Positions 29,456 to 39,608 of a DNA stretch of 64,000 bases are shown here, in pieces. Position 1 is the first letter of the stretch, and each line of letters starts with the position of its first letter. The translations under genes and the position numbers were made by a program. The notes beneath the pieces were generated by a model that had not been told where the DNA came from, made no database searches, and saw only the letters and a list, made by a program, of their open reading frames with translations. Source of the stretch: a virus; the IMG/VR virus record IMGVR_UViG_3300010371_000029, positions 32,001-96,000 of that record. One strand, given 5' to 3'.

Positions 29456-29922
29456 TGCCGAATTCCTTTAACAATCGAATGAAAGAAGTTAGAACGGCGG
29501 TCCACAATATTAAATCCGTTGCGGCGCAAGGAAGTATCAAGCTGGCTAATAGACATGGCAGAGCGCCGGGGCATACTCAGACCGAGAAATAATTTCTTCT
29601 GACCTTCCTCAATTGGTAAGGTGTTATAAGCCACACTTTTACAAATTTCAAAAAAGTCTACCGAACCAAGCACAATTTGACCACCAATTTTTACCTTTGA
29701 ACACCAACGGGCAATAACTTCCTCTACAAGTTGCAGTGGGACAAAGTTAATAGCGTCTAGGGCAATAATTTCTTCACATTCACCATTATCAACCTTCCAA
29801 GTTAGGTCAAAAATATCCCCATATTCTTTATTAGGATTTATCTTTCCTTCTATTTTTATAACGTCTATATTACAGTAGCCTCCTCTCGTATCTTCAGAGT
29901 CTACTAGTAGATTTAATTTCAT
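29452..29922 (-). CDS. SAM-dependent methyltransferase-like protein (degenerate motif I)
   Basis: 'MKLNL...GYCNID...EEIIA...W...KIGG' matches short phage Methyltransf_11-like proteins, but the GxG motif is absent. Confidence 0.5.
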   Translation of the reverse strand: MKLNLLVDSEDTRGGYCNIDVIKIEGKINPNKEYGDIFDLTWKVDNGECEEIIALDAINFVPLQLVEEVIARWCSKVKIGGQIVLGSVDFFEICKSVAYNTLPIEEGQKKLFLGLSMPRRSAMSISQLDTSLRRNGFNIVDRRSNFFHSIVKGIRQ

Positions 29923-30935
29923 GCAGCGCCCTTATAATACATGGTTGAAGTTAATGTAAATACTTTATTCCAGCTTTGAACAAATTTATCCAAAGAAAAC
30001 TTTTCTTCTATAGATTTTCTAGCAGCCACACCTAAACGTAATGCTAATTGTTTATCTCTTCTTAATAATTTAATATATTCAACAGCCTTTTCTGGTTGTT
30101 CTGGTGGGTACATTAGTCCATTAACTTCGTGTTCTAATATCTCTGGAACAGCACAAGTATTTGTACTCACACAAGCACACCCGGCAGACATTGCTTCAAA
30201 AAGTGCCATAGGAACAGGCGAAATTAGACTTGTATTTAAAAATATTAAACTTTCACCATACGTTGTAGCAAGTTCTTCTGTGTTTTTAGCTGGATTTGAA
30301 ATCCCAGGATTAGTACCCAATAAAATACTTTTAATACCATTTCGTAATAATCTTGAATGTATTTCTTTCCATAATGTAAAACCAACTTGCCAATCTCTAG
30401 AGGCCATATCATTACAAACCGCTAATACATGGTCTTGTTTATCTTTTGGTATAAACATTTTATGGTCTATACCATGATGAATAACAAAACAGTTTTCTTT
30501 ATTTTCTGCTAACCAGCCTTTTCTACTACTTTCTGTAATAAAAATATTTATATCCCCGACCATTTTAGAAGCATTTTCAACCTGTTTTTTACTCCAAAAA
30601 GGAGGAGGTTGAAGGTGTTCTAGAGTTATTAATGGACAATGAAAATTGGCCGCTAAACTTGAAGATAATTGAAAATGAGCACCTTTACTTTGGGAAAAAA
30701 TAAAATCAAAATCAATATCAATAGGAATATCATTTGGTAAAATTGTGTGATTTGGAGGGATTGGTGCAAATTTAGTGTTCCATTTTTTAATACCTTCTCC
30801 TTGTACCATATAAAAATTATGACCAGTAAGGTCTAATTGGCTTTGGTATCTTTCATGGGTTGGGAAGGTCAATATGTTATAAGGGCCATTTCCTCTATAA
30901 ACTTGACGGAAAATGCCGGATAGTCTAGTGGGCAT
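29919..30935 (-). CDS. glycosyltransferase family 4 (GT-B)
   Basis: 'IHHGID...FLNTS...PMALFEAMSAGC..V.T...PEILEHEVNG'. Confidence 0.9.
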   Translation of the reverse strand: MPTRLSGIFRQVYRGNGPYNILTFPTHERYQSQLDLTGHNFYMVQGEGIKKWNTKFAPIPPNHTILPNDIPIDIDFDFIFSQSKGAHFQLSSSLAANFHCPLITLEHLQPPPFWSKKQVENASKMVGDINIFITESSRKGWLAENKENCFVIHHGIDHKMFIPKDKQDHVLAVCNDMASRDWQVGFTLWKEIHSRLLRNGIKSILLGTNPGISNPAKNTEELATTYGESLIFLNTSLISPVPMALFEAMSAGCACVSTNTCAVPEILEHEVNGLMYPPEQPEKAVEYIKLLRRDKQLALRLGVAARKSIEEKFSLDKFVQSWNKVFTLTSTMYYKGAA

Positions 30936-31180
30936 TACTTAAAATCATCCTTTTGATTTAACGTAAGGAGACGTTTCATATCTTTTGTAAATCGGGTAAA
31001 ATCTGGGTTCTTACCGAACATAGTTATATGTCCACGGTGAAATTTCCCAAAAATAAATCTTCTTCTGACAAAACAGCGTCTAATTTCCAAAGAATAGTAT
31101 GGGGCGACTTGTAATAATATATTAAGATTTTCTACAGCTTCTTCTTCGGTGCCTACAAAATCTATCTTACATAAACCCAA
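30935..31180 (-). CDS. hypothetical protein
   Basis: Fills the gap between two GT genes; TTG at 31180 is the likely start. Confidence 0.45.
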   Translation of the reverse strand: MGLCKIDFVGTEEEAVENLNILLQVAPYYSLEIRRCFVRRRFIFGKFHRGHITMFGKNPDFTRFTKDMKRLLTLNQKDDFK

Positions 31181-31184
31181 TTGT

Positions 31185-32294
31185 CTAAACCGCAAGAGCG
31201 GCGGCAATAAGCTCACCAACGGGTCTATAATCAAAAGCTTTGGCACGTTCAACAGACGCCTGAGACATTGTATCATATTTTTCCCCATAATCGTAAATTT
31301 CCCGCATAAATGACTTAAGCCATGAAATATCAATTGAATCCCACTCCTCTCTTGCAGTCATTAAGTCGCCGAAAGTATCAATACAACCAAACACCGGCTC
31401 TTTTCTTGCAGGGACCAAAAAGCTGGTTTCTTCAGTCATGTAATCTAAAAACCCTGTTCCTTTAGTAGCAATAGTAGGTTTACCCATAGCCATAGCTTCA
31501 AAAGCTGGGATACACCAAGCCTCCCCATAGGAGGGCATGACAAAACAATCACAGGTTGCGTGCAACCTCAAAATATCGGCGTCTGAAAGACGCTGTGTTA
31601 TTATTACCTCTTTAGCATAACTATCTATGGGTCGCAGCTTAAGACCTTCCTTGACAGAACGACAGAAATTTCGTATAATATCGGCGGATTCTTGCTTTGA
31701 TTTGCCGGGAATGTTTGACTTAATAACTAGGGAAACGGGTTCATGGGGTTCAAAGGTAGAATGAAATGCTTTAAGAAGTGCCCCAAGATTCTTTCGACGA
31801 ACAAATTCTCCAATAAAGTAGAACTTAAAAGTTCCCGCTATTTCTGGGATATGAAACGGTTCATACTTCTTTTGGTATGTGGTTATATCGAAACAATGGG
31901 GGATTACTCTTATTGGTACGTTAACCCCACTATTTTCGGCTACATTAGCACTTTGCCAATTAAACACCCACGCTTCATCTAAAGTATTTAACCGTTCGAC
32001 CCAAGAGGTAGTGACAAAATTACTACTCTCTGAGGCAAACATGCAAATATTTTTAGCTGGACCGGCATAGTAAGAATAATGAGGCAATATATGCTGAATA
32101 ATATGGGTACAGCCCTGTGGACTCTTTTTCTCTAATTCCTCAATACGGGCCGGAACCTCGTACTTGTTAGAATTCAACCTAATGGGCCGGTGAACCACGT
32201 CTAGGCCGATATGGTCCATAGCTAATATATAATTTTGGGCCGCTTTGCCCCATCCGGTTCCGTCGCCGGTTACACCGCAGTATAAGATTTTCAA
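31185..32294 (-). CDS. glycosyltransferase family 4 (GT-B)
   Basis: 'RRKNLGALL...DCFVMPSYGEAWCIPAFEAMAMGKPTI'. Confidence 0.92.
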   Translation of the reverse strand: MKILYCGVTGDGTGWGKAAQNYILAMDHIGLDVVHRPIRLNSNKYEVPARIEELEKKSPQGCTHIIQHILPHYSYYAGPAKNICMFASESSNFVTTSWVERLNTLDEAWVFNWQSANVAENSGVNVPIRVIPHCFDITTYQKKYEPFHIPEIAGTFKFYFIGEFVRRKNLGALLKAFHSTFEPHEPVSLVIKSNIPGKSKQESADIIRNFCRSVKEGLKLRPIDSYAKEVIITQRLSDADILRLHATCDCFVMPSYGEAWCIPAFEAMAMGKPTIATKGTGFLDYMTEETSFLVPARKEPVFGCIDTFGDLMTAREEWDSIDISWLKSFMREIYDYGEKYDTMSQASVERAKAFDYRPVGELIAAALAV

Positions 32295-32536
32295 GGAGCG
32301 GTGCTCCTATACATAATTTCTTTATTAATACTATGTTCTTCTTTTAATAGTTGTTCAAAATCAATTTTAGACGGTTCTGAAAACTTGTATATTAAGTCAC
32401 CCTTTTTAATATAAACCCTACCCTCACCTTTTGACTGAATAACCCCATCAAACGGAATCTCGCAATACTCTTCAGTTGTATATTCAACCTTAACACAACC
32501 ACAAAACAAAATTAGAAAGATTGTACACAATTTCAT
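32291..32536 (-). CDS. putative lipoprotein
   Basis: MK + hydrophobic stretch + 'FCGC' lipobox-like. Confidence 0.5.
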   Translation of the reverse strand: MKLCTIFLILFCGCVKVEYTTEEYCEIPFDGVIQSKGEGRVYIKKGDLIYKFSEPSKIDFEQLLKEEHSINKEIMYRSTAP

Positions 32537-32700
32537 TTAATTGGCTCCGCATAGTGTAAAGTAACATCCTTATGATTGCCATAGATAATCTCGGCGCGGC
32601 TCATATCAAACGAAACCCCCTTCTTTTGAAGATAATCCGCAAATGCCTCTCTCACTTCTTCCAATTTAAGATTAACTTTTTTATGATTAAGTGTTTCCAT
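32533..32700 (-). CDS. small hypothetical protein (55 aa, not in ORF track)
   Basis: METLNHKKVNLKLEEVREAFADYL...AEPIK; overlaps both neighbours. Confidence 0.55.
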   Translation of the reverse strand: METLNHKKVNLKLEEVREAFADYLQKKGVSFDMSRAEIIYGNHKDVTLHYAEPIK

Positions 32701-32968
32701 TTTTCTCTTTACCTATCTTTTCATTGATTTGACGTTCTAACGCTTCCACGTCTGTTTCTTTACGTTTTCCATAAACGGTAAACCCGGCGAAATCTATAAC
32801 TTTGCGGTCAACAATCGGTTCCTCTATTGAAATATCGCTATAAACCCCATCGTAAGTGGCCCGAATGTGTTCTAAATTTTCTATCACATGGTCCAAACTT
32901 CCTAAAAGGTCCGATATCTTAAGCTCTGTAAGTTTCTCTTTAATTTCTAATTTCTTTTTTCTAGCCAT
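32687..32968 (-). CDS. hypothetical protein
   Basis: 93-aa ORF coupled to neighbours. Confidence 0.55.
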   Translation of the reverse strand: MARKKKLEIKEKLTELKISDLLGSLDHVIENLEHIRATYDGVYSDISIEEPIVDRKVIDFAGFTVYGKRKETDVEALERQINEKIGKEKNGNT

Positions 32969-35759
32969 ATATATATTCTAAATCTCGTTTCTCTTTTGTA
33001 GAGCACCGCAGGTTTTCCCAGTGGTTCAAGGCTTGGTTAAGGGACAAACAATAATCTACGACGGTTTGCCGATTAAACGGTTGACCTTTATTAAAACCTT
33101 CTACCCAAGTTCCATAGTTCAAATTTTTAATTAACTGCAAAGTTAAATGGGTATAAACCTTATCCTGAAGTCCCCATATGTTAGCTACGCACCATTGAAC
33201 GAATTGGGCATTATTCAGTCCTGGTGGAACGTTTAAGTTAGGAGTAAAGTTTCGTCGGGGGGAATACCACGTTTCTTTATGGTTCGGCACATCCAAGCTA
33301 TCGAAGTAATCTTCCCATTTTTTAGCCGTTTTATCATAGGTGTAATGTTCCAACGCGCCGGCACGGGAGGCTAGACCCATCTTTGCGCGTTCTTCGGGGG
33401 CTAGATTGAAGAATTGATAAAGCATCTGTACGAATGCTTCATTGTCTGGAAGAGCCCGCATACACCCAGTTTCAGCTTCTTTAAAATAACGTTGCACTGG
33501 AATAGACCACCCATTAACTTTTCTTATTACGTCCGACATTGCTGAATAATTTACTGACATAACGGGTACAGCACATCCAGCGGCCTCTACCTGCGGAATT
33601 CCAAAACCTTCTCCAATGCTATATTGAATATACACATCAAATATATTCATTACTTTTGCGAGAGTTTCCCTGTCTACACCATTATTAACATTTGGCATAT
33701 GAACAGTATTATGCTTACAACGTGGACAAATAGCTTGGGAATCTAGAAAGAATGAAGGAAATACAAATTTACAATTAGTACATGTATAGGTAAAGAGAGT
33801 TTTCGCCCCAACTCCATATTCTTGAATTAATGAACAAAGGTCCCAGCCAACATCGGGGTAACTGGTATGAATATAAAGATAGGTTTTATCAACTAAATCT
33901 TGTCGCCCTAATTCTTTGCAAGTTTGAAGATACTTAGAGAAGCTCTCTATCAGGTCTGGATATAATTTTCTTTTTTGGTTACGCATGACCGTTCCAATAA
34001 TGAAAAGGTCATTCTTAATACCAAATGAGCGACGAAGAGCTTCTTTATCCTGGACCGGTTTAAATATCTCGGTTTCAATCCCAGGCGGGAAAGAACCAAT
34101 TACATTAATATTACCATTACCATCTTTTCTTAATACGTCCGCCCCCCAATCGGTATATGAAGCACATCCATCTAATGTGGAATATGTTTGTAACCATTCG
34201 GTTGCTTGTGGGATAGAATCTACCGTTGGCATCCAAATAAATTTATAGAACGGTCTATATGGAGATTGTGCCCACATACAATCCATCCACCAATCGCGAA
34301 TTGAACAATTATGTACATTTGCATGCTCCAAAACATAACTATTATCTTCTTCAACTTCTATATTATATATTAAACCTTTGTAATCATAATGAAATACCTT
34401 TTCCACAGACGCTAATATTTGATTATTAACGTAATGTGTTTTTCTAGCTCTACGTTTAGATACATAAACTTTCTGAAATCTTTCAAATTCATATTTATTG
34501 CAAACTTTATGTAACTCTTCAGCAGAAGAACCATATCCCTCTACATCAAAAATGTCTCCGTTATTTAATTTGTTTTTTCTGTATTGTATGTTAGTAGGTA
34601 TACCTATACTACCACATAGTAATCTAAAACCGTTTGCAATTTTACGTTTTGCACTACAAAAAGAAACAGTATTATTTTTATAACAACCGTCAGTTCTTAC
34701 TGAACCGCTAATAAAACCACGTTTAACACTTTCATTTGAAATCCAAATTTCTTTGGGAATATTTCCATTACACCAATTTTTTAAGAATTCTGCTAACAAG
34801 CTAGAATTTACATTAACTTGTATAGCAAATCTATCCTTTACTGGATATGCACAACCAACTAAATTTAAATATGATTCAAATAAATTTAAAGCATCTTCTG
34901 CAAATCTTTGTTCTGTGCCATTAAAAGTTATTCCAACTCCTGAATTACTTATATGTCCATCGCCAAATATATAACCCAAAAGTCTAGCAAAATTTTCGTC
35001 TAAAACAATATATTTAAAAATAGGATTACAATTCTTGTTTGGATTAGAACAAATTAAACCATCTTTTTCTATATAATTACTAACATAACTGGAAATATGA
35101 ATAATCTGTTCAAAATCACTTGGTTCATTATTAGGAGGACTTAAACAAATTAAGTCACCCTTTTTTATTTGAGAAATAGGGACAAAAGTTGGTTCGACAG
35201 CATTGTAAATTTTTCTTATACTCTTTTTTTGATTTGTTTGTCGAAGTTTCTTGTGAATTTGTATTGGATGATTACCAGTTAATCTAAGTGAATTTTTACA
35301 TCCATGAAATTTTACTCCGTACATTAATCCTTCAAAATAATTTCTATAAGTAGCGTTTACTCTTCTAAATCTTCCTTTGTGAGTTAAAACAAAATCTCCA
35401 ACTACTATTTCTTCAATTTTTTTATATCCATTTATTGTTAATACCATTTGCCCAGGAGGAGAACATACAACATCTGGCTTAAAGTTTAAACAAGCTTGTT
35501 CAAATTTATGCTTCCCAAATTGATTCTGTATGTCGCTATTGTAAACCTTATTCTCTTCTTCATTTTTGGGAAGAACTCCATAAAATTTCCAAGGTAACAT
35601 ACTAACTCTAGGGTCATTGTCGGAACCATAGGAGCCCAATTCTGCCAACTCGTATTTTCCTGTTTCATAGAGGCGCTTCATTACCTCCATTCCGAAAACA
35701 GAAAAACCTGTATTAAGGAAACTAGCTTCATTAACTAAGAGAATACGCTTTTTATTCAT
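32961..35759 (-). CDS. glycosyltransferase family 4 containing a LAGLIDADG intein
   Basis: 'RNQKRKLYP...EGFGIPQVEAAGC.VPV' GT-B motifs; intein C...VHN/C inside. Confidence 0.9.
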   Translation of the reverse strand: MNKKRILLVNEASFLNTGFSVFGMEVMKRLYETGKYELAELGSYGSDNDPRVSMLPWKFYGVLPKNEEENKVYNSDIQNQFGKHKFEQACLNFKPDVVCSPPGQMVLTINGYKKIEEIVVGDFVLTHKGRFRRVNATYRNYFEGLMYGVKFHGCKNSLRLTGNHPIQIHKKLRQTNQKKSIRKIYNAVEPTFVPISQIKKGDLICLSPPNNEPSDFEQIIHISSYVSNYIEKDGLICSNPNKNCNPIFKYIVLDENFARLLGYIFGDGHISNSGVGITFNGTEQRFAEDALNLFESYLNLVGCAYPVKDRFAIQVNVNSSLLAEFLKNWCNGNIPKEIWISNESVKRGFISGSVRTDGCYKNNTVSFCSAKRKIANGFRLLCGSIGIPTNIQYRKNKLNNGDIFDVEGYGSSAEELHKVCNKYEFERFQKVYVSKRRARKTHYVNNQILASVEKVFHYDYKGLIYNIEVEEDNSYVLEHANVHNCSIRDWWMDCMWAQSPYRPFYKFIWMPTVDSIPQATEWLQTYSTLDGCASYTDWGADVLRKDGNGNINVIGSFPPGIETEIFKPVQDKEALRRSFGIKNDLFIIGTVMRNQKRKLYPDLIESFSKYLQTCKELGRQDLVDKTYLYIHTSYPDVGWDLCSLIQEYGVGAKTLFTYTCTNCKFVFPSFFLDSQAICPRCKHNTVHMPNVNNGVDRETLAKVMNIFDVYIQYSIGEGFGIPQVEAAGCAVPVMSVNYSAMSDVIRKVNGWSIPVQRYFKEAETGCMRALPDNEAFVQMLYQFFNLAPEERAKMGLASRAGALEHYTYDKTAKKWEDYFDSLDVPNHKETWYSPRRNFTPNLNVPPGLNNAQFVQWCVANIWGLQDKVYTHLTLQLIKNLNYGTWVEGFNKGQPFNRQTVVDYCLSLNQALNHWENLRCSTKEKRDLEYIYG
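34308..35465 (-). mobile_element. intein (386 aa) with LAGLIDADG homing endonuclease
   Basis: Starts CSPPGQMVLT, block B 'LTGNHP', 'LLGYIFGDG' and 'SGSVRTDG', ends 'YNIEVEEDNSY...VHN' followed by Cys+1. Confidence 0.92.
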
Positions 35760-36210
35760 AGTAGCGACTTAATTTATTTATCGCGGCTTTAAGGATTTTT
35801 GAAACTTTTTTGCGGCTGAAACCAACATTTTCCGCAATTTCATTAAGGGCACAGCCCTCAGTAAACCGTAATATGATAATTCTGTTTTCAGTCTCACTTA
35901 GAACGCCAATTAGATTTAATGGAGGTTGTTCGACTAAAGTAAATGAACGTTGTACTTCAAATTTCTTTTTTACTTCTTTCTTAAGGGTCCTACCTATACA
36001 AATACTGGCATATGCGGCCCACTCAACCTGCCTATTCGGGTTGAAAGACCTAATCGCCAAAAGTAGCGCGATAGCCCCGACTTGGCACATGTCTTCAAAG
36101 GAACACGATGTTCCACCAAACTTCTTAGCTTGAGTCACGACTAACCCAAAATTCTCCTCCAAAAGTCGTGACTCAAGCCGAAGCTCTTCTTTAGACGGCT
36201 GCCGCTTCAC
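35752..36210 (-). CDS. phage sigma-70-family RNA polymerase sigma factor (regions 2 and 4)
   Basis: 'LVVTQAKKF...FEDMCQVG..ALL.A..SFNP...YA..CI' and 'LSETENRIIILRF...LNEIAENVGFSRKKV'. Confidence 0.85.
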   Translation of the reverse strand: MKRQPSKEELRLESRLLEENFGLVVTQAKKFGGTSCSFEDMCQVGAIALLLAIRSFNPNRQVEWAAYASICIGRTLKKEVKKKFEVQRSFTLVEQPPLNLIGVLSETENRIIILRFTEGCALNEIAENVGFSRKKVSKILKAAINKLSRYYE

Positions 36211-36541
36211 GCTCTACCGTAGGGAGCTTTTGAAACGTTCCTACCCGCAACTTCAGCCGGCTATACTTGACCCCATTCTTCTCCCAGCTTTCCGTCTTAA
36301 ACCGACCCTTAACCATAATCCTATCCCCCTTATTAAACTGTTCGGCAATGGCTTCCGCACCGGAGTCCCACGCCTCACATTCAATAAAAGCCGCCTCATT
36401 CATCCCTTCGCTTGATTTACTATTAATTCTGGTATTAATTACCATACAAAAATCTACAACAGACGTACCGGAAGGCAATTTGCGAAGTTCGGGCGCACGG
36501 ACAATGTTTCCGACACCATAAAAATCATTAACACTCGCCAT
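36191..36541 (-). CDS. ssb: single-stranded DNA-binding protein
   Basis: 'GNIVRAPELR...FIECEAW...KGDRIMVKGR...SWEKNG'; no acidic C-terminal tail. Confidence 0.92.
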   Translation of the reverse strand: MASVNDFYGVGNIVRAPELRKLPSGTSVVDFCMVINTRINSKSSEGMNEAAFIECEAWDSGAEAIAEQFNKGDRIMVKGRFKTESWEKNGVKYSRLKLRVGTFQKLPTVEREAAAV

Positions 36542-36542
36542 A

Positions 36543-37064
36543 TTATTCTCCAGCTACAATTTCTAAGTTATAAAGCATTCCATATCCTACCTCTACCTTT
36601 TCTTTTGCGGCTAATCTCAAAAAATCAGGGGGAAAATTTTCAGATTTTGCTTGTACGAATATATTATTCAATACAGTTTCTTTATTAAAATCTTCCTCTT
36701 CTCGCGGTGGAGACAAGGGTAATCGACCTACTTCCTCGTTTTTATGATTGTAATAAAAAATAAATCGGGGCGAGTAGTTAATTTTTTTACAAAGTTTTTC
36801 AATGTGGCATTGAATTACGGGCCGCACCGAATAAAATGGACAAACTACAAAGGACGGGTCTTCACAAGTTACATCTCCTATAAAAAAGCCAGGGTCACCA
36901 GTAATCTCTAAGTCAGTATGGTCAATCACGGTATAATTAAAGAATGACTCTGAAAACTTATCATTTTTGGGTAATCTAAGACTAATATAATCCGGTTCTT
37001 CTTCTTTTACAATTACCCGATAGTCATGCTTTGTAAGAAGTTCTCTGACCTTCTGGTCAATCAC
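36543..37064 (-). CDS. hypothetical protein
   Basis: GTG start at 37064 overlapping the stop of the dnaE C-terminal gene. Confidence 0.55.
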   Translation of the reverse strand: MIDQKVRELLTKHDYRVIVKEEEPDYISLRLPKNDKFSESFFNYTVIDHTDLEITGDPGFFIGDVTCEDPSFVVCPFYSVRPVIQCHIEKLCKKINYSPRFIFYYNHKNEEVGRLPLSPPREEEDFNKETVLNNIFVQAKSENFPPDFLRLAAKEKVEVGYGMLYNLEIVAGE

Positions 37065-38626
37065 AGTTGAACCACCTTGTTTATTATGAACGAATCTTTC
37101 TTTGAATCTTTGACACCAGCCAATAATACTGTGTTGCCTTCGTACAATAAGTTGCCGAATTCCGAATATTCGTTGCACCATAAAACACAATTTCTATAAG
37201 AGCCGTTAATGTCGCTAATTTCTACAAACCCCATTAACCGCCCCTTATTCTCACCTTTTTTAACCGGATATGTTCTCAATGTATCAATATTACAAGCTAC
37301 TACCAAATTCATCTTACTTGGTGAAGCATCTATATCGGAAACTAAATGTGTGGCTGCGCTTATATCACAGGATTCCACCGCACTTACAGTAACCGGAACC
37401 CCTAATAATTGTTTTTCAGATTGGGCCATCATTAAAGGGTTATCATCAAGGGACATGGGTGGGCATCTTAACGTATTGGCTAAATCCATCAAAATTTTAA
37501 CTCTGTTCTTCGTGGCCGCGCCGCCGCCCTCTTTTTTGGGGGCCGCACACTGTTCTATAAGGTCGGCCAAGTTACTATTTTCTTTTAATTTTGTTTTTAC
37601 GAAACCTACTTCTTTCTCTGTTAAACTATTAAGTTTACTTAACTCAAATTCCATCCTCTTTCGCGATATACCTAAATAATCTAAGGACCCAGATTCTATA
37701 AGTCCTAACGCAATATCAACACTAACATTGTAGAGTAGATTGAACAAAACATCAATCCAGTCTTTAAAATCTCTTAATAATTCTACCAACTTCTCAGTTG
37801 CTCGTCCGCCCATTCCTTTAATGTTTCCGAGCCCAAAGTACACAACCCCGTTGATAACGTCAAAATCCAGATTACCCTTTCTTAGGTCCGGTCCTCTTAC
37901 TTCAATCCCCATACTCTTACAATTATAGACTAATTCGTTAACTTCCTCAAGGGGTCTTTGCTTCTCGCGGGCCATTTTTAACCAAGATTTGGCCCATGGT
38001 AATGGAAAATGTACTTTTATAAAAGCAGAAAAATATGATTCCAGCCCGTAACCGATAGCGTGGGCTTTATTGAATGAATATCGTTGCGATTTCTCAATCC
38101 AAGAGAAAATCTCGGCGGCTATCTCTGGTGAAACAATTTTGGCTTTGGCTGCCCCTTCTATAAAATCCTTCTTACAAGACGCCATTAAATCGGCTAATTT
38201 CTTTCCCATAGCCTTTCTTAAATTATCAGCTTGTACAAGATTAAATCCAGCTAAATCTTGCGCTATTCTCATCGCCTGCTCCTGGTATACCAGGATAGAG
38301 TTCGTGGGTTCAAGAATAGGGCGAAGTGCTTCGTGAATGTAAGAGGGTTGTTCTTCACCCCGTTTAACTTTTACATACTTATCCGCCATACCGCTTTCAA
38401 GACAGCCGGGGCGAAGTATACTTATTAGTGCTGCAAGTTCTTCAAGACACCTAGGACTACTTCGTTTAGCCCAGGTCATTCCAAGAGGCTTTTCTAATTG
38501 AAATACACCTTTTGTATTTCCAACACAGATTAGGTCCCATGTCGCTGGACAATTAAGGTAAACTTTCTTAATATCGAAATGGCCTTCTTCGTAGAAACAG
38601 CCACAATCAAACGATATAAATCTCAT
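37061..38626 (-). CDS. dnaE: DNA polymerase III alpha-like, C-terminal half (fingers, HhH, OB)
   Basis: 'TKGVFQLE', 'RPG', 'LVYQEQAM', 'ADNLRKAMGK', 'YSFNKAHA', 'FGLGNIKGMG', 'EKQLLG'. Confidence 0.92.
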   Translation of the reverse strand: MRFISFDCGCFYEEGHFDIKKVYLNCPATWDLICVGNTKGVFQLEKPLGMTWAKRSSPRCLEELAALISILRPGCLESGMADKYVKVKRGEEQPSYIHEALRPILEPTNSILVYQEQAMRIAQDLAGFNLVQADNLRKAMGKKLADLMASCKKDFIEGAAKAKIVSPEIAAEIFSWIEKSQRYSFNKAHAIGYGLESYFSAFIKVHFPLPWAKSWLKMAREKQRPLEEVNELVYNCKSMGIEVRGPDLRKGNLDFDVINGVVYFGLGNIKGMGGRATEKLVELLRDFKDWIDVLFNLLYNVSVDIALGLIESGSLDYLGISRKRMEFELSKLNSLTEKEVGFVKTKLKENSNLADLIEQCAAPKKEGGGAATKNRVKILMDLANTLRCPPMSLDDNPLMMAQSEKQLLGVPVTVSAVESCDISAATHLVSDIDASPSKMNLVVACNIDTLRTYPVKKGENKGRLMGFVEISDINGSYRNCVLWCNEYSEFGNLLYEGNTVLLAGVKDSKKDSFIINKVVQL

Positions 38627-39602
38627 TAATACAATCTCTATTTACTTTAAATTTTCCTGGCTCTAATTCTTTTGATTCTAAAGAAGACGGTATTTTAGAT
38701 ATATCAATTACATTATTTTCGGCTATTAATTTACAAAAAGCTAAAAAAATATCTTGAGGTAAACACCCCTTAATTCTATTTACTGTTTTATGAAGCCATT
38801 GCACATTTCCCTCCTCATAATCAGAAAAACTACTTATCCTATCTAAAGAAGCAGTTCCATGATATGAATTCTTGTTAAGTCTTCCTTTCCTTTTAGAAAT
38901 TTCTATAGGAAGACCACTAAGAGCACATTTTCTATCTTGTTTTAAAAATAATTCCCAAACATATTCTGGAGTTATTGTAAAAGATAATCCTCTTCTCTTA
39001 GCCATATCTCTAATAATATGCCAGAAGGTAACCCCTATTTCTTCATATCCTCTCCAAGTAATATACTGTTCGTTAACAATATTTAAATCACACCCACAAG
39101 ATGTTAATATTTTATTTTTTAAAGCTATATCCGCTATATCAACATAATTACCACAAACACATTTACAAAGCCAAAACATTTTTGGGTAAACAACACTTCC
39201 ACCATTTTTATCGACAACTGTAAGTTTTCCAAATTGTTGGTTTCTAAAATCAGTATATGGTTCCTTAATTTTTTTACGTTTTTTAATGCCGGCTTTATCT
39301 ATCGCTCGATATATTACTCTCTTACTAAGATTTAAAGCTTTTCCTATTTCTGCTGCTGACATCTTCATATCTACATACATTTCTTGTATTTTTTCTGGAG
39401 ATGCTATTAAAAAAGCTTCATTAAGTTTATTTTTCCTTTGTTCTTGTCGTAAAATATGAATTCCAAATTTTCTTAAATTCCTATGAATAAAACCGTGATT
39501 TCTTCCTATAGAATGAGCTATTTCTTCGACAGTTTTTTCATGAACTAAGTATTGCTCTTTTAACCATTCTTCATTTTTACCTAAATCATCAGAAAAATAC
39601 AT
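38607..39602 (-). CDS. free-standing homing endonuclease (HTH repeats, Cys-rich module, HNH-like C-terminus)
   Basis: 'FGKLTV...WLCKCVCG...SCGC' and 'KQDRKCALSG...ASLDRI...GNVQWLHK..N..K'; AT-rich; own GGAG RBS. Confidence 0.8.
   Translation of the reverse strand: MYFSDDLGKNEEWLKEQYLVHEKTVEEIAHSIGRNHGFIHRNLRKFGIHILRQEQRKNKLNEAFLIASPEKIQEMYVDMKMSAAEIGKALNLSKRVIYRAIDKAGIKKRKKIKEPYTDFRNQQFGKLTVVDKNGGSVVYPKMFWLCKCVCGNYVDIADIALKNKILTSCGCDLNIVNEQYITWRGYEEIGVTFWHIIRDMAKRRGLSFTITPEYVWELFLKQDRKCALSGLPIEISKRKGRLNKNSYHGTASLDRISSFSDYEEGNVQWLHKTVNRIKGCLPQDIFLAFCKLIAENNVIDISKIPSSLESKELEPGKFKVNRDCINEIYIV
38922..38957. repeat. 36-nt near-identical segment shared with the second homing endonuclease (51361-51396)
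   Basis: agcacattt(t/c)ctatcttgttttaaaaataattccca, one mismatch. Confidence 0.85.
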
Positions 39603-39608
39603 TGTTTT

